Source: a virus
Reading direction: 5' to 3' (one strand)
Virus record (IMG/VR): IMGVR_UViG_3300050491_000011
DNA length: 64,000 bases
A model generated the notes under the pieces. That model did no database searches. It was given only the letters and a program-made list of their open reading frames with translations, and was not told the origin of the DNA. Positions 55,317-63,946 of this stretch are shown here, one piece after another. The position numbers and the translations under genes were made by a program. Each line of letters starts with the position of its first letter. Within the stretch, counting starts at the first letter, position 1.

Positions 55317-56969
55317 ATGTCTTTGAATGAAGTAGATCGTATCCAACACAACCTCTATCAAACACTGATGGAATCCGGTTACCTTAAAGGCGACCGTACT
55401 GGCGTGGGCACTCTCATGCTGCCTGGCCTTGTAATGGACTACGACATCAGCGACAAGAAGATCCCGCTGCCGTCGACCAAAGAAGTCTTCAACAAGTCGT
55501 GGGGCTGGGAGAACCTGATGTTCATCTCGGGTTCCAGCAACCTGAAGCTTCTGAAAGACAACAACGTCTCAATCTGGGACAACTGGTTCATTCCGGGCAC
55601 TGCCGTCTACGACGAACCGAAGCGTGTTGTGTATTCGCTCGATGAGCGTATTCAGGTGGCTGTTGATGCCGGTCATCGCGACATCATCATCCAACACATC
55701 CTCGAGTACAAGAAGTTCAACGGCAGCATCGGCAGTTACGCGGTTGTTGTGCAGGATGCCGATGGCAATCTGGTCGAATACTTCAACCGCCCTAAAGCGT
55801 ATCTCGATGCACTGTGGACCTTCCTCGGTAATCTCGGTATTCCTGAGTACAACGAGAACGGTGGTGGTAAGCCTGTCGGTATCCAGACTCGACTGAAGCG
55901 TGTTGCGAAGAACATGACCCTCTGCTGGCACGAGATCAACAAGATCGTCTTCAACTTCGGTGATGTAGTCGCCCTAGGTGATAAGCCGTACAAGGTCGTC
56001 GTCTTCCACAAAGGTAAGTTTGTTGACGTCGAGATCAGTTCGACTAAAGTCACCGCTATCAACAAGATCATGGACAACTTCGATATTCCGAAGTACCCAC
56101 TTCTGGAAGCTGATATCGGTCAAGGCAGCTACGGCGTGCAATGGCGCCGTTGGCAGGATACTCAGATCGTCAGCAGCGATCAGATCGACGAGTACGTCGC
56201 GCAAGGTTACGAGATCGCCGGTAACCTGACCTCTGATAGTGCGTGGGGTCGTGGGATGCCAGGACCTGTCAAGATGTATCACGTCATGCACCGCGAGATC
56301 GACCAGTTGCAGAACTGCATCGACATGCTGCGCAAGAACCCTGACGATCGCCGTATGATCGTTAACGCATGGAACCCAGGTCGTACATGGCAAGCTGCTT
56401 TACCTCCATGCCATCTGTACTTCCAGTTCATCAGCTATCCGAAGAAAGCTGGCCAGATCCTCGATGACCTCGAGAAAGCTGGCATGCTGCAAAGTCTACG
56501 CCAAGCAATCAGCGAAGACTACGGCACTCACGTAATCGAGACTGTTCAGTCCTTCGAGAAGAAGTACGAAGAAGATGAAGAGTTCTACGGTTATGTGAAG
56601 CGTTTCTGCGAACACGCTGTAGTTGGCGTTAATCCACGCCTTATCTCGACGCTGATGGTAATGCGCAGCAACGACTACGCTTTGGGTATGCCGTTCAACG
56701 TAGCGCAGTATGCGGCCTTGACGCACATGGTTGCACACGTCACCGGCCATGACACTGACCGTCTGATCATTGTAGGTGGTGATTGCCACCTGTACGTGAA
56801 TCAGCTGGAAGGTATCACCAAGCAGTTGGCTCGTGAGTCCAGCGAAGATAGTGATCCTCGGTTCATTATCAAACGCAAGATTGCCGAGATTGATGACTTC
56901 ACTTTCGAGGACTTCAAGATCGAGGGCTACAAACCTCAGCCAAACATCCCAATGCCTGTTGCGGTGTAA
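55317..56969 (+). CDS. thyA: Thymidylate synthase (ThyA) with large insertions
   Basis: DRTGVGT, IWDNW, YGVQWR, RRMIV.AWNP, ALPPCH, RSND...GMPFN and GDCHLYVN. Confidence 0.95.
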   Translation: MSLNEVDRIQHNLYQTLMESGYLKGDRTGVGTLMLPGLVMDYDISDKKIPLPSTKEVFNKSWGWENLMFISGSSNLKLLKDNNVSIWDNWFIPGTAVYDEPKRVVYSLDERIQVAVDAGHRDIIIQHILEYKKFNGSIGSYAVVVQDADGNLVEYFNRPKAYLDALWTFLGNLGIPEYNENGGGKPVGIQTRLKRVAKNMTLCWHEINKIVFNFGDVVALGDKPYKVVVFHKGKFVDVEISSTKVTAINKIMDNFDIPKYPLLEADIGQGSYGVQWRRWQDTQIVSSDQIDEYVAQGYEIAGNLTSDSAWGRGMPGPVKMYHVMHREIDQLQNCIDMLRKNPDDRRMIVNAWNPGRTWQAALPPCHLYFQFISYPKKAGQILDDLEKAGMLQSLRQAISEDYGTHVIETVQSFEKKYEEDEEFYGYVKRFCEHAVVGVNPRLISTLMVMRSNDYALGMPFNVAQYAALTHMVAHVTGHDTDRLIIVGGDCHLYVNQLEGITKQLARESSEDSDPRFIIKRKIAEIDDFTFEDFKIEGYKPQPNIPMPVAV

Positions 56970-56974
56970 CGGCC

Positions 56975-57352
56975 ATGATCCATTATCGTGAGTATTGGCC
57001 AGCGTTTATAGATATCGCTAGAGCGCCCATTGAGGGAGATGTTGAAACTCTCGATGACGTACTGGACATTGCTTTCATCAGGGAACGTACGGTACGGGGT
57101 GAGGTCACCTGTAAGTACGCCTTGAGTCCACACGGCACTCATGGGCATTTGTTGCGCGAGTACAACAAGGATGAGTGGTGGGTATGCGCCACTCTCTCGT
57201 CTGATGTAGATCTCGTTCCAACTGACAAGATCCCGCTCTGGGTAGCTCCTCCCAAGGTAACTATCCCGATCGAACCACCTAAGGAACTAGGACCTCCTGT
57301 TCCTCTGGATGATCTCTTCGCAAGCGGTGTCGTTAAACGGACCGTTCGTTGA
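56975..57352 (+). CDS. Hypothetical protein
   Basis: 125-aa ORF in tight same-strand packing. Confidence 0.6.
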   Translation: MIHYREYWPAFIDIARAPIEGDVETLDDVLDIAFIRERTVRGEVTCKYALSPHGTHGHLLREYNKDEWWVCATLSSDVDLVPTDKIPLWVAPPKVTIPIEPPKELGPPVPLDDLFASGVVKRTVR

Positions 57353-57543
57353 GCGGTAAGGCGCCGCATCCAATCGATGACCCTGAGATAAGGTTTAAAG
57401 CCAAACTCTTAGGGTTCACCGATGAAGCTCTCGAATCCATACGCGACTCACAACTGAAAGCCTGTCTAGCGTGCCAGTTAGTCGGGAAGAAGAAGTGTGT
57501 TCGCGTATGTCAAGCGATGCGGAATAGGAATGAACTCGAATGA
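57349..57543 (+). CDS. Small Cys-rich protein (CxxC...C...C)
   Basis: TTG start; overlaps both neighbours by 4 nt. Confidence 0.45.
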   Translation: MSGKAPHPIDDPEIRFKAKLLGFTDEALESIRDSQLKACLACQLVGKKKCVRVCQAMRNRNELE

Positions 57544-58379
57544 ACCAACAACCGTTTACCCTTGACGGAATGGCTTTCTATAAACTCTGGAGAGAGAAAC
57601 GCGATCAAGGCGCTCCATCGTACACACTCGACTCTATCACTAACTTCGCCCAACCAGGTAAGGTTGAGTATAAGCTAGACTACGAGAACCTAGAGAAACA
57701 TAAAGCTGACTACAGCGCCTACCATGAAGCAGATGCTGAAATAACTGAACGTGCTGCTAGGTTCCGTGAAACAAACCCCAACGCAACATTCATCGAAGCA
57801 CTCACCCATTTACTACCCGGAGTAAGATTCATGACCAAAGAAACATTTCAATCACCAAAACCAAAAGACATCATCGACCTGTCGGACGAGTTCCGGATGA
57901 CCCTGATCCCAAACTCGGATGAAATCCCGGTGGCTCACGTAGCCACCATCACCACCATCGAAGAACTGTGCGAAGATCGTACAGATGTCCTGAACGTCTT
58001 CCCAGTTCAGGCTGCCTTCACTATCGACAAACGCCTTGACGGCGAGTGGGTTCAGTTGCAAGAAGCTGACTTCACGGAAACCATGTACGGCACCCTGAAA
58101 CCGTTGATCGAAGCTGAGCATCGCCGTGGCTGTGAAGCTCACGGCACTGCGTTCGATCAGCGCATGACCCCTGAATACGTCCACGTCCCAATCATCGGCC
58201 ACCGCAAACATGCGGCTGAACTGATGGCGAGTCTGTCCAACAACCGTGGCAATGTCGGCGGTCACCTCAGCGTGCAGCTCGATCCAAACGATCCAGATCC
58301 ACTGATGTCCAAGAAGGCTCAGATCTTCACTGACGCGCCAATTGAACAAACCGAATACCCGGCGAAGCCAGCCGAGTAA
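57540..58379 (+). CDS. Hypothetical protein
   Basis: 279 aa; AGGA RBS; ATGA overlap. Confidence 0.7.
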   Translation: MNQQPFTLDGMAFYKLWREKRDQGAPSYTLDSITNFAQPGKVEYKLDYENLEKHKADYSAYHEADAEITERAARFRETNPNATFIEALTHLLPGVRFMTKETFQSPKPKDIIDLSDEFRMTLIPNSDEIPVAHVATITTIEELCEDRTDVLNVFPVQAAFTIDKRLDGEWVQLQEADFTETMYGTLKPLIEAEHRRGCEAHGTAFDQRMTPEYVHVPIIGHRKHAAELMASLSNNRGNVGGHLSVQLDPNDPDPLMSKKAQIFTDAPIEQTEYPAKPAE

Positions 58380-58391
58380 TCACATCGAGTG

Positions 58392-58411
58392 CGCCGGGGA
58401 ATTCCCCGGCG
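58392..58411 (+). terminator. Palindrome CGCCGGGGAATTCCCCGGCG
   Basis: Perfect 20-nt palindrome after a stop codon. Confidence 0.6.
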
Positions 58412-58465
58412 TAACTATCAACCTTTTTTGCTTACCCTATAGAACCAATTTCTTATCGGAGCTTC

Positions 58466-58678
58466 ATGATGTTGCGAGCATTTCTCTTTGTTGTAATCGG
58501 CGCTGCTGCTGGAAGTGCCATTCAAGCCTCTATCCACAAACCTACTGTCCAACTTAATGACGCTGCCAAACGAATGGCTGACTGTGTTGAGAAGGACAGC
58601 GTCGGCGTTATCGGCCCTGCTGAACTGAACAACGTTTATAAGCTCTGCTGGAACCACGCCACAATAACCAAGCGATAA
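58466..58678 (+). CDS. Small secreted or membrane-anchored protein
   Basis: GGAG RBS; N-terminal hydrophobic segment; two Cys. Confidence 0.6.
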   Translation: MMLRAFLFVVIGAAAGSAIQASIHKPTVQLNDAAKRMADCVEKDSVGVIGPAELNNVYKLCWNHATITKR

Positions 58679-58687
58679 GGATAACCC

Positions 58688-59299
58688 ATGCGTTACGGAC
58701 AAGAACCACAAGTAATCGGCGAATTCCCTATCGACTTGGTTAAGGCTAAGGTCGAGATGTGTTTCGTGCAATATCTCCCGATTTTCATGCCGGGTATGGA
58801 TCGCGTGTTCATCCCAAAGAACCTGAACTGGATTCGCCCACTGGTACGTCAGATTCCATGGGAAGAAGAGACGTCGTATGTCTACGTCTCAGTGAAACAC
58901 CTGTTCGTTACTCCTGACAACATGGGTAACCGCCCAGGCTGGCATTCGGATGGCTTCGGCACAGATGACCTCAACTACATCTGGACTGACCACTTCCCAA
59001 CCGAGTTCTCCATTCAGGACTTCGAGCTGAGCGAAGATCACCACCTGTCTCTGATCGAACTGGAGCAGCAAGTTAAGCCTGAGAGTATCCGCACTTACGG
59101 CGAGAACAAGCTGGTGCGTCTGGATAAGTACAACATCCACCGCCCGCCGGTTCAGGACAAGTCTGGCTTCCGTACTTTCGTGAAGATCTCGGTCTCCAAA
59201 GAACGATACAACCTGCAAGGTAATGCTCACAACGACCTGATCGATTATGATTGGGAGATGAAGCCTCGTGACGCTATCCGCAATCCTACGTCGGCATGA
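58688..59299 (+). CDS. 2OG-Fe(II) dioxygenase-like protein
   Basis: HxD in RPGWHSDG, distal H in IHRPP and R in RTFVKIS. Confidence 0.7.
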   Translation: MRYGQEPQVIGEFPIDLVKAKVEMCFVQYLPIFMPGMDRVFIPKNLNWIRPLVRQIPWEEETSYVYVSVKHLFVTPDNMGNRPGWHSDGFGTDDLNYIWTDHFPTEFSIQDFELSEDHHLSLIELEQQVKPESIRTYGENKLVRLDKYNIHRPPVQDKSGFRTFVKISVSKERYNLQGNAHNDLIDYDWEMKPRDAIRNPTSA

Positions 59300-59526
59300 G
59301 TAAGACAGCTCAACGCAACCGCCAACTTTACCAGTACGGTTATAAGGTCGGACTCGGTAAAGAGAAGTTCAACTGGACTAGACGTTCCCGTAACGATGGG
59401 TGGGAAGCATTCGACCGCGGTAAGGCTGCTGGTAAGGCTGAGAGGCTACGTCGGCAGTTACTCAATGCTAATCCATGGCTTGACTTCAAGCGGTGGTTTA
59501 AGCGCATCCTACGTAAACTGTTTTAA
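59296..59526 (+). CDS. Small basic hypothetical protein
   Basis: ATGA overlap; ends before a hairpin. Confidence 0.6.
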   Translation: MSKTAQRNRQLYQYGYKVGLGKEKFNWTRRSRNDGWEAFDRGKAAGKAERLRRQLLNANPWLDFKRWFKRILRKLF

Positions 59527-59528
59527 CA

Positions 59529-59561
59529 GCATACAGCCGGGGTCAATCCCCGGCTTTGTGT
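59529..59561 (+). terminator. Stem-loop AGCCGGGG-TCAAT-CCCCGGCT with GCATAC/TTGTG flanks
   Basis: Member of the hairpin family. Confidence 0.7.
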
Positions 59562-59574
59562 CAGGAGAGTTCGC

Positions 59575-59685
59575 ATGAATAAGCTACAGATCGTTCTGGC
59601 TGTTCCAGTCGGTATCGCAGTAGTGATGGGTATTGGTCACGCTGCAATCTGGGTACATGAAATGATCAGGGCGGGTTGGCTATGA
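59575..59685 (+). CDS. 36-aa single-TM microprotein MNKLQIVLAVPVGIAVVMGIGHAAIWVHEMIRAGWL (not in the ORF track)
   Basis: AGGAG RBS; ATGA coupling to the next gene. Confidence 0.7.
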   Translation: MNKLQIVLAVPVGIAVVMGIGHAAIWVHEMIRAGWL

Positions 59686-59957
59686 CCGCCGCTACAGAAG
59701 TCTGGACTAAACCAGAAGACCTCACTGACGCACAGAAGGCTATTAAAGTAGTCATGCGTTGGCGTTGTCTTGAGGTGCTTCCAGATGGATGCATGAAGAC
59801 TGTCGATGAGATCACCGGCGTCCTGTCTAACTTCACTCCTGCGATCATTACACTGCAAGGGTTGGAGATTGGTGATTCCGTAGAAGTACGGGAAGGTGCT
59901 ACCCGTGACCTCGATGTGGTTATTCTTTACAAAAGCGGAGTGAAGTATGAGTCTTGA
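59682..59957 (+). CDS. Hypothetical protein
   Basis: Coupled start at ATG 59682. Confidence 0.6.
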   Translation: MTAATEVWTKPEDLTDAQKAIKVVMRWRCLEVLPDGCMKTVDEITGVLSNFTPAIITLQGLEIGDSVEVREGATRDLDVVILYKSGVKYES

Positions 59958-60216
59958 CCTAGCGATCTATGACGGCAACGGTCTGGAAGAAGCCTGTTTC
60001 ATCAATTTCACGAACGATGGGTTCCGAGAATTAATTACTCTCGGTCTTGGGCAGGTTCCTCACTGCATCACTAACGACGGCAGTCGTGCCATAGACCTCC
60101 AGATCTTCCGCCCTAAGGTCGTGAGTATTCTGGAGCAGCGTAAGATCCAGCATCCACAAACCCGTGAAATGCTCCGGGCTATTGAGCAGTATCGTTATCT
60201 GGCTATTAACCCGTAG
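59947..60216 (+). CDS. Hypothetical protein
   Basis: GGAG RBS; overlaps the previous gene. Confidence 0.6.
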   Translation: MSLDLAIYDGNGLEEACFINFTNDGFRELITLGLGQVPHCITNDGSRAIDLQIFRPKVVSILEQRKIQHPQTREMLRAIEQYRYLAINP

Positions 60217-60226
60217 GAGGCTGTAA

Positions 60227-61024
60227 ATGCCGATCATAAAGAAACACGTAATTATCTTCGGCGATCTGGAAGAGTACATCAAGCACATCAACCGGCCGAT
60301 CGAAGAACATCTCGTACTCACGCCGTTGATTGATGCGGTGAAGAAGACTCACCCTCAGGTCGTTGAACGCTCGGCTGACCTCCTGGATTTCTTCAACACT
60401 ATCGAAGAACCTGTCAGCATTACTCTTCTTGAGTTCTTCAAGGATAAGGCTGAGCTGATCCGGTCGATGGAGACTCGTGACGACTCTATCTTCGAAGACG
60501 ATGAAGAGATGGAGAACCATTGGTTCGTCTACTCCATCGCTAAGCAGTTCTTCACCGTGGCTTATGACTCCAGCTCGCTGAACGACGTACTCCGCTTCAA
60601 GCAGAGTCGTTTCCCAGCTACATGGGAGAGTGCTACTGTACCATTGCTGTTGAAGGATGGCTCTGTCGAAGAGATGTCGGAAGGCTTCGCAAACATGCTG
60701 GACATGCGGGCGTTGAGTTACAACATGTACCGTGAGGTCGACAAGCTCGCTGATACTGACGGTCGTGTCGAACTGCCGTACAAGTCGATCTTCGACATGC
60801 AGTGCATTAACGATGAGGCTCTCCACGCCGATCCAAACGTGAAGTTCACCATCATGGTCAATCCTAATTGGGTAGATCCGGTAAAGAAGCATCGTGAGGA
60901 GCAAGAGAAGGAAGAGCTCCAACCGGTAGCACTTAGCGTTGACCGCGTTGATCAATACCTCGATGAGCTCAGCGATGCCCTAAGAGGCATGGACCCAAAG
61001 ACCACTACGGTCATTAAGTTCTAA
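60227..61024 (+). CDS. Acidic hypothetical protein
   Basis: 265 aa; AGGAGG RBS. Confidence 0.75.
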   Translation: MPIIKKHVIIFGDLEEYIKHINRPIEEHLVLTPLIDAVKKTHPQVVERSADLLDFFNTIEEPVSITLLEFFKDKAELIRSMETRDDSIFEDDEEMENHWFVYSIAKQFFTVAYDSSSLNDVLRFKQSRFPATWESATVPLLLKDGSVEEMSEGFANMLDMRALSYNMYREVDKLADTDGRVELPYKSIFDMQCINDEALHADPNVKFTIMVNPNWVDPVKKHREEQEKEELQPVALSVDRVDQYLDELSDALRGMDPKTTTVIKF

Positions 61025-61026
61025 GT

Positions 61027-61050
61027 AAAAGAAACATAGGCACACATTAC
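61027..61050 (+). promoter_or_regulatory. Promoter-like motif (AAAAG ... GGCACACATTAC)
   Basis: Variant of the recurrent motif. Confidence 0.55.
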
Positions 61051-61093
61051 AAAAGAGACCAAGCACTTAACGCTGTTCATGGGGAAATCCATC

Positions 61094-61519
61094 ATGAGTA
61101 CATTGATTCCGGAGCGTTTCTACACGCACCGAACTCTGGGCAAGATGTCGCTGTTCATCATGACCAAGTACGACGGGAAGAACGCAGACAAGATCGAAGC
61201 TATGCTTACGAACCTGTGCCCTCAGTACTCGGGTAATATCAAGAGCGGTTTCAATCTGCCTGATCGTCGCCTGTTCCTACACACCGGTGATTATCTGACA
61301 TTCTCGTACGCGACTGGATTCCAGGTGTTCAGCGAGAAAGAAATCGAACGTAACTTCAATAAAGAACCGATCCTTACTCGGCGAGCGACCTTCTGGTTGG
61401 CTGGGTTCGTAGTCGTGCTTGCTATCGTCGGAGCTGTTATCTGGCAGATGCACGACTACGGTATTGGTTGTCCAACTCCTGCCGACACTGGTCAGCAGGT
61501 AGGGTCTATCTTCAAATGA
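61094..61519 (+). CDS. Hypothetical protein with a C-terminal TM helix
   Basis: FWLAGFVVVLAIVGAVIW; GGGG RBS before ATG 61094. Confidence 0.65.
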   Translation: MSTLIPERFYTHRTLGKMSLFIMTKYDGKNADKIEAMLTNLCPQYSGNIKSGFNLPDRRLFLHTGDYLTFSYATGFQVFSEKEIERNFNKEPILTRRATFWLAGFVVVLAIVGAVIWQMHDYGIGCPTPADTGQQVGSIFK

Positions 61520-61593
61520 TCGCAATCTTCTAAACACAGCGCTCATCGACGGAAACGTCGGTGGGCGTTCTTTACTGCCATACGGGAGGATTT

Positions 61594-61965
61594 ATGCCTT
61601 ACGACATAGTCAGGAAAAACCTGACGAGGTTGGGCACGTTGACCGGGGGTAAGTTAGGCGCCATCGACGTTATACGTGAACTGAAACAAGGTGGTCTGAG
61701 CATCTGGCTTTCTGAAGATGCGCTTAACTACACGCGTCACACGCTGCACGAGTACAAGTATGCTGAACAGGTAACTGATGAACGAATCATTGTGTCTTGG
61801 TTGGATCTTCCCCCACACCAGATTGGTATTCGTAGTCACTTCTACCTGCAATCAGCTGCTGGCTTATTGATGTCCGCAATGAATGATTGGCCCATGGGCT
61901 TTCGTGCTTTAATGATTCGCCGAGCTGAACAATCCCTACAACTTTACGACAACATCGACTATTAG
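61594..61965 (+). CDS. Hypothetical protein
   Basis: GGAGGA RBS before ATG 61594. Confidence 0.6.
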   Translation: MPYDIVRKNLTRLGTLTGGKLGAIDVIRELKQGGLSIWLSEDALNYTRHTLHEYKYAEQVTDERIIVSWLDLPPHQIGIRSHFYLQSAAGLLMSAMNDWPMGFRALMIRRAEQSLQLYDNIDY

Positions 61966-61976
61966 GAAAACATCGC

Positions 61977-63047
61977 ATGCCACGCACTACCCCTACCACT
62001 TCTAAATCTGAAGTTAAGAAACCAGCCGCAGCTAAAGCTACTGTAAAGCCAGCTGTTAAACCCGCCGTTAAGCCTGCTGGCGCTAAACCTGGTCCTAAAC
62101 CCGGCGCGAAGGCAGCAGCAGCTAAACCTGCCGTCAAAGAGCCTGTCCAGAAACCAACCCGCAACATCGGCGAAGTTGAAGTGGGTCTGAAGACCGAACT
62201 CGGCGCTCTACCGAAAGGTCTGACTGATGTCCTGCCGGAAGCCATGCTGGAAATCCTCGACAGCGTCAAGGGTGATGACAAGGTCGTCAACTTCGGTGTC
62301 GGCACTCTGCCGAATGACCTCGGCTTTGTCCGCGTTTACGCCGAAGACAAACTGGTGACGATTACCGATCCAGAACATCTGCCGCGCGGGTGGGTCACTC
62401 TGGAATCGAACAAGACCCTCGGGTCGAAAGTGTTCTACATTCACACGACAAAACTGCCAGGTCACCCGCAAGAAGGCGAATACACCACAGCCCTGCGCAA
62501 TGCGTACGACGTGGCAATCAGCGAAGCTCTGCGTGATGGTGGTTACAGCGATTACATCCCAGCCGCTGTTGCAACCATCGGTACTGTGGAAGAGTTCAAT
62601 CCGATGCTGACTTCGATGGAACCTATGCATCGTCGCATGCGTCGTCTTGGCCCACCGCCACAGCAATATCTCGCTCGACCTATCGGCGAACACTACAATC
62701 GTAACACCATGTCGGTATTGACCCGCAATGGTGAGACCGACTACATGTTCGTTCTCGACAACCTGATGGAAGTCAACACTTCCCGCGCCGCAGTCAATCA
62801 GGCAATCGAACGAGGCCATCAACTGGTGATCGTAACCATCGGTGAACGCAGTTTCACTGCCGCTGTGACTTTGGAAAGCTATCCAATCGCACTCAGCACG
62901 TTGAACCAGACCCTGCTGCTCGAGTACCTCAACGATGCAGTACGTGCATTGTTGGTAACAGCGTGGTTTGACAAGATGATTACCGACGTGGTTGTCACCG
63001 AGTTCAATACCAAGTTCGCCTACGTCACAACCGCACCAACCGCTTAA
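61977..63047 (+). CDS. Hypothetical protein with an N-terminal K/P/A-rich (AlgP/histone H1-like) tail
   Basis: KPAAAK, KPAVKPAVKPAG and KPG repeats; AGGA RBS. Confidence 0.75.
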   Translation: MPRTTPTTSKSEVKKPAAAKATVKPAVKPAVKPAGAKPGPKPGAKAAAAKPAVKEPVQKPTRNIGEVEVGLKTELGALPKGLTDVLPEAMLEILDSVKGDDKVVNFGVGTLPNDLGFVRVYAEDKLVTITDPEHLPRGWVTLESNKTLGSKVFYIHTTKLPGHPQEGEYTTALRNAYDVAISEALRDGGYSDYIPAAVATIGTVEEFNPMLTSMEPMHRRMRRLGPPPQQYLARPIGEHYNRNTMSVLTRNGETDYMFVLDNLMEVNTSRAAVNQAIERGHQLVIVTIGERSFTAAVTLESYPIALSTLNQTLLLEYLNDAVRALLVTAWFDKMITDVVVTEFNTKFAYVTTAPTA

Positions 63048-63055
63048 CCGGTATA

Positions 63056-63082
63056 CCCCACGCCAGCAGTTAGGGCGTGGGG
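63056..63082 (+). terminator. Stem-loop CCCCACGCC ... GGCGTGGGG
   Basis: 9-bp stem after a stop codon, with T-rich sequence downstream. Confidence 0.55.
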
Positions 63083-63139
63083 CTACATCTACATTTTAAT
63101 TTTTGTTTGCAGTAACTTTTATTAAGGGGAGTTTAATTA

Positions 63140-63946
63140 ATGGATACTCGAGTTCGCCACCGGCCTCAACTTGTCCACATCGTCAAGTACAAGAAGACTG
63201 GCCATTACTTCATCGTTATCAGCGCCACTCAAACACTCAACCTCGACTCCATCATTAAGCGTGTCCACGATGCTGAAGCGATGGGGCCTAAACGAAGCGT
63301 CATCAACTGGCCGTTGAAAGACTTCGCCGATACTCACGCACCTGTTGTTCCTGCTGACTTTGAAGTCACCACAATGAACGGGACGTTTGATACCAGTAAG
63401 GAAGCCGCTAAAGTCGCTACAGCGCTCGCGCAACTTGAACTCGGTACAAAGCTTCTGCTCAGCACTCAAGTCGTTGACAGGTCTGAATGGGAAGCTTATG
63501 CGCCGGCTAAAGAACGGGTGATTCGTCGTCAGTTCGAAAGAGCCAACATCGATAACCTCTCAGCACCAACGGCTGCCCTTACATGGTTCGGTGAGTTCAA
63601 GCGCTCTAATGTAGAGACAGGTATCGTCGTCTGCAAGAAAGGCGTAGAAGGTAGTCTCGTGATGTGGGCGGCTAACAGCTCATTCACGCTTCTGACGCCG
63701 GACGTTATCGAACAGTCGAATAAGTGCATTGCTGTCGAGAAGATCGTAATGATCTCCGTCTACCTCGATCTGGTATTCAAAGACACTCGCCGCTTCCATT
63801 CCGGTAACGTCATTAAGCCGATCAAGTTCGCTCACTTCGCACCTGATCTCGTTACAGCAATGTCTGAGCTTAAAGAGTATATCGCCGATGTCCGGAGAAG
63901 TCATACCGGCGATAGCGAATACCCGTCGTACAAGCATTGGGGCTAA
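63140..63946 (+). CDS. Hypothetical protein
   Basis: 268 aa; AAGGGGAG RBS. Confidence 0.7.
   Translation: MDTRVRHRPQLVHIVKYKKTGHYFIVISATQTLNLDSIIKRVHDAEAMGPKRSVINWPLKDFADTHAPVVPADFEVTTMNGTFDTSKEAAKVATALAQLELGTKLLLSTQVVDRSEWEAYAPAKERVIRRQFERANIDNLSAPTAALTWFGEFKRSNVETGIVVCKKGVEGSLVMWAANSSFTLLTPDVIEQSNKCIAVEKIVMISVYLDLVFKDTRRFHSGNVIKPIKFAHFAPDLVTAMSELKEYIADVRRSHTGDSEYPSYKHWG

Noticed and set aside
55587..56111. ThyA insertion as an intein or intron
   Set aside because: No C/S...HN-C/S/T splice junctions and no LAGLIDADG/HNH motifs were seen, and the frame is continuous.
55317..56969. ThyA-family gene as a possible dCMP hydroxymethylase (modified-base system)
   Set aside because: It keeps Asn in GMPFN, the dUMP-specific residue rather than the Asp of dCMP hydroxymethylases, and no base-modification cluster is adjacent. 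A dUMP-modifying role cannot be fully excluded.
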